Virus record (IMG/VR): IMGVR_UViG_3300024229_000651
Direction: 5' to 3' (one strand)
DNA length: 64,000 nt
Source: a virus
Lineage: Duplodnaviria > Caudoviricetes
A program made the position numbers and the translations under genes. The notes under the pieces are model-generated. The model was not told where the DNA came from and did not search any database. It saw only the letters and a program-made list of their open reading frames with translations. Of the stretch, positions 38,178 to 47,599 are shown piece by piece (the stretch's first letter is position 1; every line of letters starts with the position of its first letter).

Positions 38178-38720
38178 TTATTGTTTCGATATAAGCTCTT
38201 TTGCAGCTTCATCACTCATAGGTTGTCTTCCCGGATTATTAGGAAAAACGCAACAAGGTTGTACATTGTAAAACTCTCCACGTTCTTCGCACCACAGACG
38301 TTGCCAGTAATTGCCGTCAACATCTAATTCAATGTGCAATCTTTTATCTGTGTCCATAAAAACGTCAACCATGTCCTTGCCTTCCTGAAAAGATGCTGTT
38401 CGTGCAAGTTTATCAAGATATTCCCCTTCAGGTGATAATCCAAACAAAGGAACAGCACCATCCCAATCTGGATGATCTGCTTGCCAGGACTCTTCGGTAA
38501 TATCCCACTGGGGTGCATAAGTTCCTAATAAATCGGAAAAATTATCACTTAGCCAGAACTTTTCATTTTCCCAGTCATCAAACCCATCTAACTCGATCTC
38601 TTCGCCGTTATAGTTTTTTGTTAGACTTTCTCCGCCGTTGTCTGTAACATATTGCAAGTTTTCATTAATTGTACAAGTCAATCTGCCTATTGTTTGATCA
38701 TGTATCCATGTAAGTTTCAT
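38178..38720 (-). CDS. Hypothetical acidic protein
   Basis: 180-aa ORF with GGAG SD. Confidence 0.65.
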   Translation of the reverse strand: MKLTWIHDQTIGRLTCTINENLQYVTDNGGESLTKNYNGEEIELDGFDDWENEKFWLSDNFSDLLGTYAPQWDITEESWQADHPDWDGAVPLFGLSPEGEYLDKLARTASFQEGKDMVDVFMDTDKRLHIELDVDGNYWQRLWCEERGEFYNVQPCCVFPNNPGRQPMSDEAAKELISKQ

Positions 38721-38792
38721 TGAACATCTCCGCTGGTAATGTTATTATTTATTATTTTCAATAAATAGTACACACATATAAAGGAGAATCAA

Positions 38793-39080
38793 ATGGACTT
38801 ACTAGACCGACTACTATCGGATCAATTATGGATTTACACTGCTATACTAGGATCTTTAATAGGTGCAGCATTTTTAGCATGGTTCCGTAATACACATATG
38901 GGATTATACCTTATGGGTAAGTTCGATAGTTTTTTAGATTATCTTGCTATACGCTGGGGCTGGACATTACTACAAGATGACCCAAACGCATGGCGTAAAC
39001 GTTATCCTAAAGTTACTAAGAAAATTGACGACCTAGAACAGCGAATCATTAATCTAGAAAAGAATAAAAAATTAGACTAA
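38793..39080 (+). CDS. Small membrane protein (holin-like topology possible)
   Basis: One TM helix plus a basic coiled C-terminus; TAAATA box and AAGGAG SD. Confidence 0.55.
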   Translation: MDLLDRLLSDQLWIYTAILGSLIGAAFLAWFRNTHMGLYLMGKFDSFLDYLAIRWGWTLLQDDPNAWRKRYPKVTKKIDDLEQRIINLEKNKKLD

Positions 39081-39097
39081 GATGATAAATATTATGT

Positions 39098-39613
39098 ATG
39101 AAAATATATGAAATTACAGAAGCAGAAGGCGATAACTGTGAAAAATGTCGTGGCCGAGGCAAGTTAGACTTACATAGTGAAGATCCACATAAGTGTAATG
39201 CGTGTGATGGCACTGGCAAACAAAAGTGGAAACCAGAACCAGTTAATTTCAGTAAGTTTAAGAAGGTTGGCGAGCAGGTTGAAGAAACCATTGACAACGA
39301 TGATGATTTTTTTGAAGCATACGGCTGGATAGACGGCGAATCACTCGAAGAAGCAGAATATCAAGGACGTAAAGTTAAACTAGGCAAGCCTATGCAAGGT
39401 GATGTTAAGAAGTTTAAAGTTTATGTTAAAGATCCTAAAACAGGTAATGTTAAAAAAGTTAACTTTGGACACGGCGGAAGCAGTGTTAAAGGTAAAGCAA
39501 TGAAGATTAGAAAATCTAATCCTAAGGCTCGTAAGAGTTTCAGAGCAAGACATAACTGTGATAATCCAGGGCCTCGCACTAAGGCACGTTATTGGTCATG
39601 TAGGAAGTGGTAG
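39098..39613 (+). CDS. Conserved phage protein with a DnaJ-like Zn finger and a basic C-terminal domain
   Basis: CEKCRGRG/CNACDGTG; KKFKVYVKDPKTG...RKSFRARHNC...RYWSCRKW. Confidence 0.7.
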   Translation: MKIYEITEAEGDNCEKCRGRGKLDLHSEDPHKCNACDGTGKQKWKPEPVNFSKFKKVGEQVEETIDNDDDFFEAYGWIDGESLEEAEYQGRKVKLGKPMQGDVKKFKVYVKDPKTGNVKKVNFGHGGSSVKGKAMKIRKSNPKARKSFRARHNCDNPGPRTKARYWSCRKW

Positions 39614-39622
39614 TAGTGTAGA

Positions 39623-39892
39623 ATGAATAAAACATACACAGACAAACATGTAACCCAATCTGTTTTTGAACGTATATTTGACCTTAAAGATGACAACGAA
39701 GAACTTACATGGCATACGCATGATTGTTCAAGATTTATCAAAGTACTAGAAGGCTCAGGCTGGAAAGTACAATTCGATAACGAACTCCCTAAAGATATTA
39801 TTCCCGGAACAACAATACACATTAATAAAAATTCTTATCATAGACTACTCAGAGGTCATTCCGAATTAGTAGTCAGGATTGTAGAACTTTAA
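39623..39892 (+). CDS. Small cupin-fold protein
   Basis: WHTHD...YHRLLRG. Confidence 0.65.
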   Translation: MNKTYTDKHVTQSVFERIFDLKDDNEELTWHTHDCSRFIKVLEGSGWKVQFDNELPKDIIPGTTIHINKNSYHRLLRGHSELVVRIVEL

Positions 39893-39903
39893 AGGACACA
39901 CAC

Positions 39904-40473
39904 ATGAAGAAGGTACTAGTTACTGGTGGCACTAACGGCATCGGCGGAGCGTTATGTGCTCTACTAAAAGATGACTACGATGTTATACCAATGGATGTGC
40001 ACACTGGGCACAGTTTTAGAAGCAAAGAAGTATTAGAAGAAGTATACAACACTGCATTAAACTGCGATGTATTTGTTAATAATTTATTCCATCATGATTC
40101 CCAACTATCTCTGTTTAAGAGAGTATATGATGCATGGAAAGAAGATCCCACTAAACATATTATAAACATAAACAGTAAACTAAGACTGAAAATTCCTCGC
40201 GGTCCGCACGACATTGTCGCTGTTAATGGATACACTGAATTAAAAAAAGTATTACACAACGAATGGCTGTCAGTATTACACGAACCTGGCAGGAAAGTAA
40301 AAATATCTAATGTTAGCCCAGGTTTTGTCGATACAAAATTTTCAAAACAAAATAAACTACCCGAAGGCATGAAGCTAGAAGCCAGTGAGGTTGCAGAATA
40401 TATTAAATGGACGCTAGAACAGCCGGACTTTATTGAGTTAGGCGAAGTATCCTTTTGGCGTATTAAAAGATAA
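39904..40473 (+). CDS. Short-chain dehydrogenase/reductase, paralog 1
   Basis: TGGTNGIG, YTELK, NVSPGFVDT. Confidence 0.85.
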   Translation: MKKVLVTGGTNGIGGALCALLKDDYDVIPMDVHTGHSFRSKEVLEEVYNTALNCDVFVNNLFHHDSQLSLFKRVYDAWKEDPTKHIININSKLRLKIPRGPHDIVAVNGYTELKKVLHNEWLSVLHEPGRKVKISNVSPGFVDTKFSKQNKLPEGMKLEASEVAEYIKWTLEQPDFIELGEVSFWRIKR

Positions 40474-40486
40474 ATACACATATTAT

Positions 40487-41050
40487 ATGAAAAAGATTGC
40501 TATAACAGGACATACACAGGGCATAGGCAAAGCAGTTGTAGATTTATGCAAACATGATTACGAAATTTTAGGATTTAGTAGAGCCACTGGGCATAATTTA
40601 CTGAAGCCTGGTGTTGTAGAAAGAATATTTGAAGAAGCAAAAGACTGTGACATTTTTATTAACAATGCTTTTTCCACAGATGCACAAATGAAGCTATTTG
40701 ATTTATTTTATAATCACTGGAAAGATGATGTGACAAAGTTTATCATTAATGTTAACAGTAAAAATAGATTTCGGGCAGGCGATGGTAGCTTCGGAGATAA
40801 TGGTTACGCCGCTGTAAAAGCACTATTGCATAAACAGTGGATAGACGTATTACATGAATCTGGGAGACTATGTAAAATATCAAACATATCTCCGGGATTT
40901 GTTGATACATATTTAATAAGTCATTTTTCTGTACCTGAGTGGCTCAAACAGCCGCCAGAAGAATGTGCAGAAACAATTATGTGGCTTATTAACCAGCCAG
41001 ATAATGTAGAAATAGGCGAAGTAAGTTATTGGAGACGTAAGGCACAATGA
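40487..41050 (+). CDS. Short-chain dehydrogenase/reductase, paralog 2
   Basis: TGHTQGIG, FINNA, YAAVK, NISPGFVDT. Confidence 0.85.
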   Translation: MKKIAITGHTQGIGKAVVDLCKHDYEILGFSRATGHNLLKPGVVERIFEEAKDCDIFINNAFSTDAQMKLFDLFYNHWKDDVTKFIINVNSKNRFRAGDGSFGDNGYAAVKALLHKQWIDVLHESGRLCKISNISPGFVDTYLISHFSVPEWLKQPPEECAETIMWLINQPDNVEIGEVSYWRRKAQ

Positions 41051-42666
41051 AAAAAGCTATAATATACCCAGGTCGGTTTCAACCAATGCTACCACATCAC
41101 GCAGAAGTATATCGCAGACTGCAAAGTACTTTTCCTGATGCTGATGTATTTGTTGCTACATCGGACAAAGTTGATCCTCCGAAAAGCCCTTTTCCATTTT
41201 CTGAGAAGGTACAAATCATGCAAGAAATGCATGGCATACCTAAAGACAAAATTTTAATTGCTCCCCAACCGTACCTAGTAGACAGTTTCAAAGACAAGTT
41301 TGACTCTGAAAATACAATGGTTATTTTTGCGGTGGGTGAAAAAGACAATGACCGTTTTCCTATGAACAATGTTGATCCTGCTACAGGATTAGATATGACT
41401 GTGCGCGGAGTTACCAGGCCAAAATACTATCAGATGATAAATACATTAAAGACTGATCCTCCCATGTCAATGAATGAGCGAGGTTATATTTACAATGCTC
41501 CAAGCATTGAAGGATTGGACGGAGAAGTAGCTAGTGCAAGTGCTTTTAGAGAAGCATTCACAAGTGTTGATAACGAACAGCAGCAACGTGCTATATTTGA
41601 AAAATATATGGGTACGTTTAACGAAAATATATTTGCACTGTTTAAGAATAAACTAATAGGTGATAAAATGAAAGAATCAATTGAAAAACTAAAATTTTTA
41701 GCAGGAATGTTAGAAAGTGCTCCTGTAGATTTTGATGATGAACCAGAAGCACGTTTATCCGATGAAGAAGATGATGACTTGAAGCCAGGCTTTGCTCAAA
41801 AAGGCATGATCAATCAGTTAGGTAAAATTGCTGACAGCGAAGATGCTAGTCAAGATGCTGATTCAATGAAAGTTAAAAAGTTTTCTAAGCTAACTACTGT
41901 TACAACAGATGATGGCGATGAAATAGAACTATCAGGAAGCGAAGCTAAAGCTCTTATTAAAATGTTTAACATGTTATCTGCACAAAGAGCTGGTGACGAG
42001 CAATCACCTAGAGAAAGATTCATCCGTGCTATCCAAACTACAAAAGGTTTAGACAGCATGACCGCTTTTGCTAAAGCAAAAGGACTTGTAGAAGAAACTG
42101 CTGAAGATCAGTATACATTAGATTTCGATGACATCCGTTCAGACTATGGCACTGAAGACAAAAGCAAACGTCAGATAATGGACGCTGTAGTACAGGAATT
42201 GGCTGAGTTGGCTAAATGGGTACAGGAAGCAGATTATCGTTGGAGTGAAAGTATGTATGACGAGTTCAATGCCGCAATTGAACCTATACTGGACCACGAA
42301 GATCTTATAAAACAATTAATGGACCCACAGCATGAAGTAATTTATCCTGAAATGGAAGAAGAGGACGAAGGAACGATTAAGTCAATAATAGATAGATTGG
42401 CAAAGAGATTGGCAGATTTTAGAGTAGGCTCTGTAAAAGAAACTGCTGTAGACGAAGAAGAGATCGATGAAGTTGCAGGACCTGAAGATTGCTGGCCCGG
42501 TCATAAGAAAGTTGGTACACAACCAGGAACAGGCAAGAACAAAGGCAAGCGTGTTAACAAATGCGTTAAAGAAGAAGAAGATGATGACGAAAGTGCATTA
42601 GAAGAAACTACTAATATCGCGATGGCAGCTGCATTAGAAGAGTTAAGAAAATTAGCAGGCATTTAA
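41047..42666 (+). CDS. Nucleotidylyltransferase (NMNAT/cytidylyltransferase-like) fused to a long acidic modular tail
   Basis: YPGRFQPMLPHH, SASAFR; tail with KLKFLAGMLE, CWPGHKKVG..NKCVK and ELRKLAGI. Confidence 0.7.
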   Translation: MKKAIIYPGRFQPMLPHHAEVYRRLQSTFPDADVFVATSDKVDPPKSPFPFSEKVQIMQEMHGIPKDKILIAPQPYLVDSFKDKFDSENTMVIFAVGEKDNDRFPMNNVDPATGLDMTVRGVTRPKYYQMINTLKTDPPMSMNERGYIYNAPSIEGLDGEVASASAFREAFTSVDNEQQQRAIFEKYMGTFNENIFALFKNKLIGDKMKESIEKLKFLAGMLESAPVDFDDEPEARLSDEEDDDLKPGFAQKGMINQLGKIADSEDASQDADSMKVKKFSKLTTVTTDDGDEIELSGSEAKALIKMFNMLSAQRAGDEQSPRERFIRAIQTTKGLDSMTAFAKAKGLVEETAEDQYTLDFDDIRSDYGTEDKSKRQIMDAVVQELAELAKWVQEADYRWSESMYDEFNAAIEPILDHEDLIKQLMDPQHEVIYPEMEEEDEGTIKSIIDRLAKRLADFRVGSVKETAVDEEEIDEVAGPEDCWPGHKKVGTQPGTGKNKGKRVNKCVKEEEDDDESALEETTNIAMAAALEELRKLAGI

Positions 42667-42667
42667 T

Positions 42668-42961
42668 ATGAACGAAATGCGTAAATTAATGGAGACTGTT
42701 GCTCCGCTATTTCAAGAAGAGCAGCCAGTTGTAGAAGCAAATACAACAGAAGCTGTTGAGGAACTTCATAGCATTCTAGACCATCTTGAAGAGCTAGGCG
42801 AACAAGCAAGAAATATTGTAGCAATGCTTGATCGAGGAGAAGCCGAAAGATTAGATGCGTACGGCGCATTTGATTTTGGTAGTAGCTCAAACAGGCACGA
42901 TACTACACTAGCAGGTTTTGTGGAAGACTTAGAAAGCGGACAGTATGATGAACGAGATTGA
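42668..42961 (+). CDS. Small acidic protein
   Basis: MNEMRKLMETV N-terminus. Confidence 0.65.
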   Translation: MNEMRKLMETVAPLFQEEQPVVEANTTEAVEELHSILDHLEELGEQARNIVAMLDRGEAERLDAYGAFDFGSSSNRHDTTLAGFVEDLESGQYDERD

Positions 42962-43283
42962 TAGAATTAAATATTTGTCAGGGATAATCAACGAAGAAGA
43001 TGTAACAAAAGTTGCTGTTGGACATGTTGACGACGAATCTGATATGATGCGCAAAGAGCTTTACAAAATTGGAAAGCAGTCCATAGAACTTTACAAAATG
43101 ATGGGCGAATTGCCAGACGGAGATTTCCCTCACTGGTTTCAATCTAAACTCGTCAAAGCAGGCGAATATATTAGCTCTGCAAAACATTATCTAGAAGGTG
43201 AGCTATATGCACCTGAGCAAGAAGAAACTGCACTAGACAAGCAAGACGATGTCGACGACGATTTAAGTCCCTCAGGAGTTTAA
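42945..43283 (+). CDS. Small acidic protein
   Basis: MNEIDRIKYLSGIINE; FPHWFQSKLVKAGEYISSAKHYLE. Confidence 0.65.
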   Translation: MMNEIDRIKYLSGIINEEDVTKVAVGHVDDESDMMRKELYKIGKQSIELYKMMGELPDGDFPHWFQSKLVKAGEYISSAKHYLEGELYAPEQEETALDKQDDVDDDLSPSGV

Positions 43284-43294
43284 TACAAAGTCAT

Positions 43295-43324
43295 AAAAAA
43301 AGGAGCATTGATTGCTCCTTTTTT
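43295..43324. terminator. Bidirectional terminator
   Basis: AAAAAAAGGAGCA-TTGAT-TGCTCCTTTTTT between convergent blocks. Confidence 0.88.
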
Positions 43325-43344
43325 ATTATCTGATATAAAGTTTG

Positions 43345-44103
43345 TTAACCGGTTTTCTCAATAAAAACAGGATTATGTATACACCACATCGGTGGTAGTC
43401 TTCTTGATACTATTCTAGCAGTGTCTGGTAAATTAATACTCAAATATTCATCTAAGTACTGTGCGTTCCAAAACCAAGAATAATGTGTAGCTTCTACAAC
43501 GGCATCTTCGCCTGAAGTGGCTACACGTTCTACGTTTGTTTGAAGATTATCATTATCAATCAGACAAATCACATCAGCATTTTCTGTATCTTCAACTAGT
43601 CCGGTAGGCAATACTCCGTACTCGTGTGTCCTACGGACAATAAAGTAATTTAATGCAACTTCACGTATAAATGTACCAAACACAATTGCACCGCCAACAT
43701 TTAAATGTTCATAGCATTCGCTAATAATGTTTTTTAATATCTCAGGATCTAAATTACCTGTTTTCATATATGAAAAAATGATATCAAACTTTTCATCCGG
43801 AGAAGACCATGGCATAGGTTCATCTATGTTACCTTCTGGATTATTCATTTGATTATGATGATTCCACTCACGGAAGTCTGCGTTAGGAAACATTTCTCTG
43901 CCTTCCTCTATCGCTTCAGCATCAAATTCAAACACTGTGTAATTTTCTTCTTTGAATTCGCACTCCGGATCATTGAGTAATGTTCCTGCGTTTCCGTACA
44001 ATTCTAAAATTTTTGTGTCCGCAAAAACTGGAGTGTTGTAAGATGAACTGCCTAATGTAGTATTAATATATCCAAATTTAGGAATATATGCTTCGATAGT
44101 CAT
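43345..44103 (-). CDS. Class I SAM methyltransferase-like protein, paralog of 47853
   Basis: KILELYGNAG, FPNADF..NHHNQMNNP, FDIIFSY. Confidence 0.65.
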   Translation of the reverse strand: MTIEAYIPKFGYINTTLGSSSYNTPVFADTKILELYGNAGTLLNDPECEFKEENYTVFEFDAEAIEEGREMFPNADFREWNHHNQMNNPEGNIDEPMPWSSPDEKFDIIFSYMKTGNLDPEILKNIISECYEHLNVGGAIVFGTFIREVALNYFIVRRTHEYGVLPTGLVEDTENADVICLIDNDNLQTNVERVATSGEDAVVEATHYSWFWNAQYLDEYLSINLPDTARIVSRRLPPMWCIHNPVFIEKTG

Positions 44104-44135
44104 TGATGTATCCTTTGTGTGTTAAAGATATTTAT

Positions 44136-44819
44136 CTACCCTAAAAATTCGTCTTTATCCAAACTGGCAATCAGGTGTATACGTACTTCATTGCTGTAAT
44201 TAGTTGCACAATGAATTTTTGATGTGTCTAACAGATACGAATTAGGTGTCTTAAAATTAGCCATTTGTAGCGTAATTTCTTCACCTGAGTGCTCAACAGA
44301 TGTGAAGTCGTCTGGCCAACCTACTATGAAAGCTCTGTTGGAAGTTTTGATAGGAAAGTGTAACCTCCATGTAAGTATAGCAGATCCTCCTTGCAAGGAA
44401 GGCATATGGTCGTGTCCATCTACGTGTATGCTTAAAGTAGTCCTAGGCGGCAATATACTAATTCGCCATCTATACGCACCTTTTATCGACTGCACAAATT
44501 CTTCTAGATATGTTCCTTGTATTTGCTTCAAGGGATGTATGTATTGCCTTTCGTTAAGCATTTCGTTCTGTTCTCTAGTGAGCTGTGTAGACAAACTAAC
44601 CGATGTATCTAGTCTTGTATTGTTAACAAACGTTTTGCCGGCGATACCATCTGCCCAGTCAGTAGAATCTTTCTCAGAAACTGTTATACTCTGATTTCGA
44701 TATGCTAAAATTTCATTCTCTGTGCCGGCTGCCTCTGCGATAATAGAGTTATACGTAGTAAGGACATCCTTACGTAACTTCATAAAATCAAAGTCTACAT
44801 CTACTTTTTCAAAAATCAT
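44136..44819 (-). CDS. 2OG-Fe(II) oxygenase / AspH-like cupin
   Basis: IHVD...WRLHFPI...IHCATN...RIHLI. Confidence 0.7.
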   Translation of the reverse strand: MIFEKVDVDFDFMKLRKDVLTTYNSIIAEAAGTENEILAYRNQSITVSEKDSTDWADGIAGKTFVNNTRLDTSVSLSTQLTREQNEMLNERQYIHPLKQIQGTYLEEFVQSIKGAYRWRISILPPRTTLSIHVDGHDHMPSLQGGSAILTWRLHFPIKTSNRAFIVGWPDDFTSVEHSGEEITLQMANFKTPNSYLLDTSKIHCATNYSNEVRIHLIASLDKDEFLG

Positions 44820-45487
44820 AACGGTATATTAGTGGAGTCCGATAAATGCAACGAGTCAGGTCCAACCATTCCAGTAATAGTTAAACAATATCTAGGCCAA
44901 TAGCCTACATTACCAGTAGCATGATAGATACCTTCTCTCCAGCAGTGTATATCCCCGATTTTATACTGGTGTAATACTGTATTACCAATTAATACATAGT
45001 GTCCCCAATTCCAATCGTTTAACTGAACAAGATACCTAATTATTTCTGTGTCGTCACTGACTTTTGCAAAATTACGTCTATAATTATTATAACTGTCCCT
45101 ATGCCAGGGTATAGACTTACCTGGTGGTTGTTTTAAAAACATTATTTGCGGATTTACCAAACCCGACTTCTCTGCCATTTTATGAAACAAGTTTGGTAAA
45201 TTATTGCGGCGTTGCATGCCTCCGGTATTGTGTTGAGTGAATCCAGCTGAAGTAATATCGTTGTGATACCCTTCCATTATGCTTTGTGCTTCTGGGTTAT
45301 ATGCTGTTCCCTTGAACTCTACTTCGCTATATGCATCAGTGCTTTCAAAACCATCGTCTGCTAATTTTACAGCATCGTTCAAATCTTCGTGAACAAATCT
45401 GCCAACATGTGTGACGTCATTGTATGCACATGAAGGATCATAATGCCAATCAAAATTTTCGTTATTCCAATCCCAATAACTTTTCAT
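44816..45487 (-). CDS. 2OG-Fe(II) oxygenase
   Basis: IPWHRD...YHATGN...RYCLTI. Confidence 0.72.
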   Translation of the reverse strand: MKSYWDWNNENFDWHYDPSCAYNDVTHVGRFVHEDLNDAVKLADDGFESTDAYSEVEFKGTAYNPEAQSIMEGYHNDITSAGFTQHNTGGMQRRNNLPNLFHKMAEKSGLVNPQIMFLKQPPGKSIPWHRDSYNNYRRNFAKVSDDTEIIRYLVQLNDWNWGHYVLIGNTVLHQYKIGDIHCWREGIYHATGNVGYWPRYCLTITGMVGPDSLHLSDSTNIPL

Positions 45488-45489
45488 TG

Positions 45490-46200
45490 TTAATAAAATT
45501 CTCCTGTAAAAAATATTCGTCTATGCACATTGTTTGAGCAAAAATCTGTTCCGTGCCAAGTATCAGCACCAGGTGCCCACATCATCGCATATCCGTTTAC
45601 ATATTCTATTTCTTTTATTAAATTAAAACCAGAGTAGCCGCCGTCATCGTTATAGCCAGCCTCTTTTTTCGTATATAATTTTGTACCATATTCAGCATAA
45701 TCGCGAGAATCATCTCCGGTGTACATCACAAGTTTTATTATCCCGACTTCCGTTGATAATCGATTGATTGTATTTTCTCGAATTAGTTCTACTGGATCAT
45801 CCGTATGCGGATATAACACTGCCGATTCTAACTCTATACTAGTTTGATTAACAACTGTTGATTCATTAGGAGTACAATTCCACTTGGCTTCTGCCGCTGA
45901 ATTATATTGTTTAGAAAAATACTCTTGTGATATAAGATTAAGTAAGTCCGTTGGATAGTCATACATCAGCTCGTCAGGTATATCGTCAAATGTACCTCTC
46001 GGAAATCCCACGTTAGCCTGCGCGGATCCGTTAATTACATTTGAAAACGGTTGTGATTTCATACCTATATTGAAAGTCCTTGTGCATAGTTCTTTTAGAG
46101 TATCACTAGTAAACACGATATGTTTAAACGGATGATCGTATACATAAAGCTCTAAACTACTATCAAATTCTGCTAGTTTTTCATTTTTTATTTTTTTCAT
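45490..46200 (-). CDS. 2OG-Fe(II) oxygenase
   Basis: YPHTD...GTKLY...TWHG...RR. Confidence 0.7.
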   Translation of the reverse strand: MKKIKNEKLAEFDSSLELYVYDHPFKHIVFTSDTLKELCTRTFNIGMKSQPFSNVINGSAQANVGFPRGTFDDIPDELMYDYPTDLLNLISQEYFSKQYNSAAEAKWNCTPNESTVVNQTSIELESAVLYPHTDDPVELIRENTINRLSTEVGIIKLVMYTGDDSRDYAEYGTKLYTKKEAGYNDDGGYSGFNLIKEIEYVNGYAMMWAPGADTWHGTDFCSNNVHRRIFFTGEFY

Positions 46201-47035
46201 AATTTGTTACTAACTCCTCTGCTTGCTCTCCCCAAAACTTACCAGCTTTAGGACCTCCATTTGCTTTTCCATCGCTCTCACCAGGTATTTTAATCCATAG
46301 GAATGCATCACATTTTTCTTCGCCTGTATCTGTAGTAGGAGGAGAGCCTAACGATCTTCCAGGAGGATTACACCATTCGTTTCCATGTGGGCCGTTGCCG
46401 TTGCGACTAGTGTCTATAACAAAATGATCGTTTGGTCTGAGCTCGCATATTTTTAATGCCCATTCCATGCTTTCTTTTGTTGTTCGATAATTACTTACAT
46501 TTACCGAAAATCCTTTAACCTTATCGTTACATACACTATTTAACAATTTTGCAGAATCTTCGGCATTTAGCCAATTACTGTGTCCTATATCAACGTACAC
46601 AAGCGCATTGCATCTGCTAGTAAAAATTTCAAGACCTTCTCTCATCATATCTAGACGCCATGATGCTTCGTCCTCGTCCATTTCAACTGTATGAGGAAGA
46701 CTGTCAGGTTCAAATATTACTATCGGAGACTGGTCTTTTATGCCATCAGCGAAACTTTCTAAAAAGTAAAAATAACTATCTTTAGAATGTGCTCCGCCTT
46801 TACTATAGTGTCCCATATCTCTATTAGGCATATTGTAAACAACTAATATAGGCAAGCAAGGATGTGTTCTTTTTAGCAATCTAACAATACTATGATCTAA
46901 GTCACGCATTTCTTTGCCGTTTCGCTCACCATACCAGAACGAGACCGGATGGTTGAATATTTTACTTGCTAAAGGATATTTTAGTTTGTGATCTCTTACT
47001 CTATCGAAGTTGTTGACCCAGAGAGGATAGTCCAT
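46181..47035 (-). CDS. Glycoside hydrolase family 6 (cellulase-like)
   Basis: VVYNMPNRD, IFEPDSL, YVDIGHSNW, NVSNY, VIDTSRNG, WCNPPG, WIKIPGESDG. Confidence 0.9.
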   Translation of the reverse strand: MDYPLWVNNFDRVRDHKLKYPLASKIFNHPVSFWYGERNGKEMRDLDHSIVRLLKRTHPCLPILVVYNMPNRDMGHYSKGGAHSKDSYFYFLESFADGIKDQSPIVIFEPDSLPHTVEMDEDEASWRLDMMREGLEIFTSRCNALVYVDIGHSNWLNAEDSAKLLNSVCNDKVKGFSVNVSNYRTTKESMEWALKICELRPNDHFVIDTSRNGNGPHGNEWCNPPGRSLGSPPTTDTGEEKCDAFLWIKIPGESDGKANGGPKAGKFWGEQAEELVTNYEKNKK

Positions 47036-47041
47036 AATATA

Positions 47042-47347
47042 CTATGGGAACATAGGTGCTAGTTCGTCATTGGCATGCATTTCTGTAATAATGTCACATC
47101 CGCCAACTAATTCACTGTTAATAAATAATTGCGGGAATGTAGGCCAATTGCTAACACTGGGTAATGTAGTTCTTACTTCGCTGTCTGCTAAAATATCAAT
47201 GTATGCAAACGGCTTACCCACTTGAATTAAACATTCTATTACTCTGGCACTAAAGCCGCATTGTGGTTGTTGTGGACTCCCCTTCATGAATAAAATGACG
47301 TCATTGCCATCTATCATTTCTTGTATTTGTTCTGCTACTGAGCTCAT
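47042..47347 (-). CDS. grxD: Monothiol glutaredoxin Grx4
   Basis: LFMKG.P..PQCGFS, WPTFPQLF, GGCDI. Confidence 0.93.
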   Translation of the reverse strand: MSSVAEQIQEMIDGNDVILFMKGSPQQPQCGFSARVIECLIQVGKPFAYIDILADSEVRTTLPSVSNWPTFPQLFINSELVGGCDIITEMHANDELAPMFP

Positions 47348-47362
47348 TGAATTACCAGTTAA

Positions 47363-47491
47363 TTAATAAAAAATACCGTAAGCTGCACACCATATTTCTA
47401 GTGCAACCATATAAAGCGAATCTGCGGCGAGTATACACAACACGAGTCCTGTAGCAATTAACAATTGCTGTTTCTTTAATAATGCTAACAT
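47363..47491 (-). CDS. Small 42-aa hydrophobic protein (not in ORF track)
   Basis: AAGGAG SD; MLALLKKQQLLIATGLVLCILAADSLYMVALEIWCAAYGIFY. Confidence 0.6.
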   Translation of the reverse strand: MLALLKKQQLLIATGLVLCILAADSLYMVALEIWCAAYGIFY

Positions 47492-47512
47492 ACGGACTCC
47501 TTGCTGTAAAAT

Positions 47513-47588
<76 letters not shown>

Positions 47589-47599
47589 TATATCATTAT

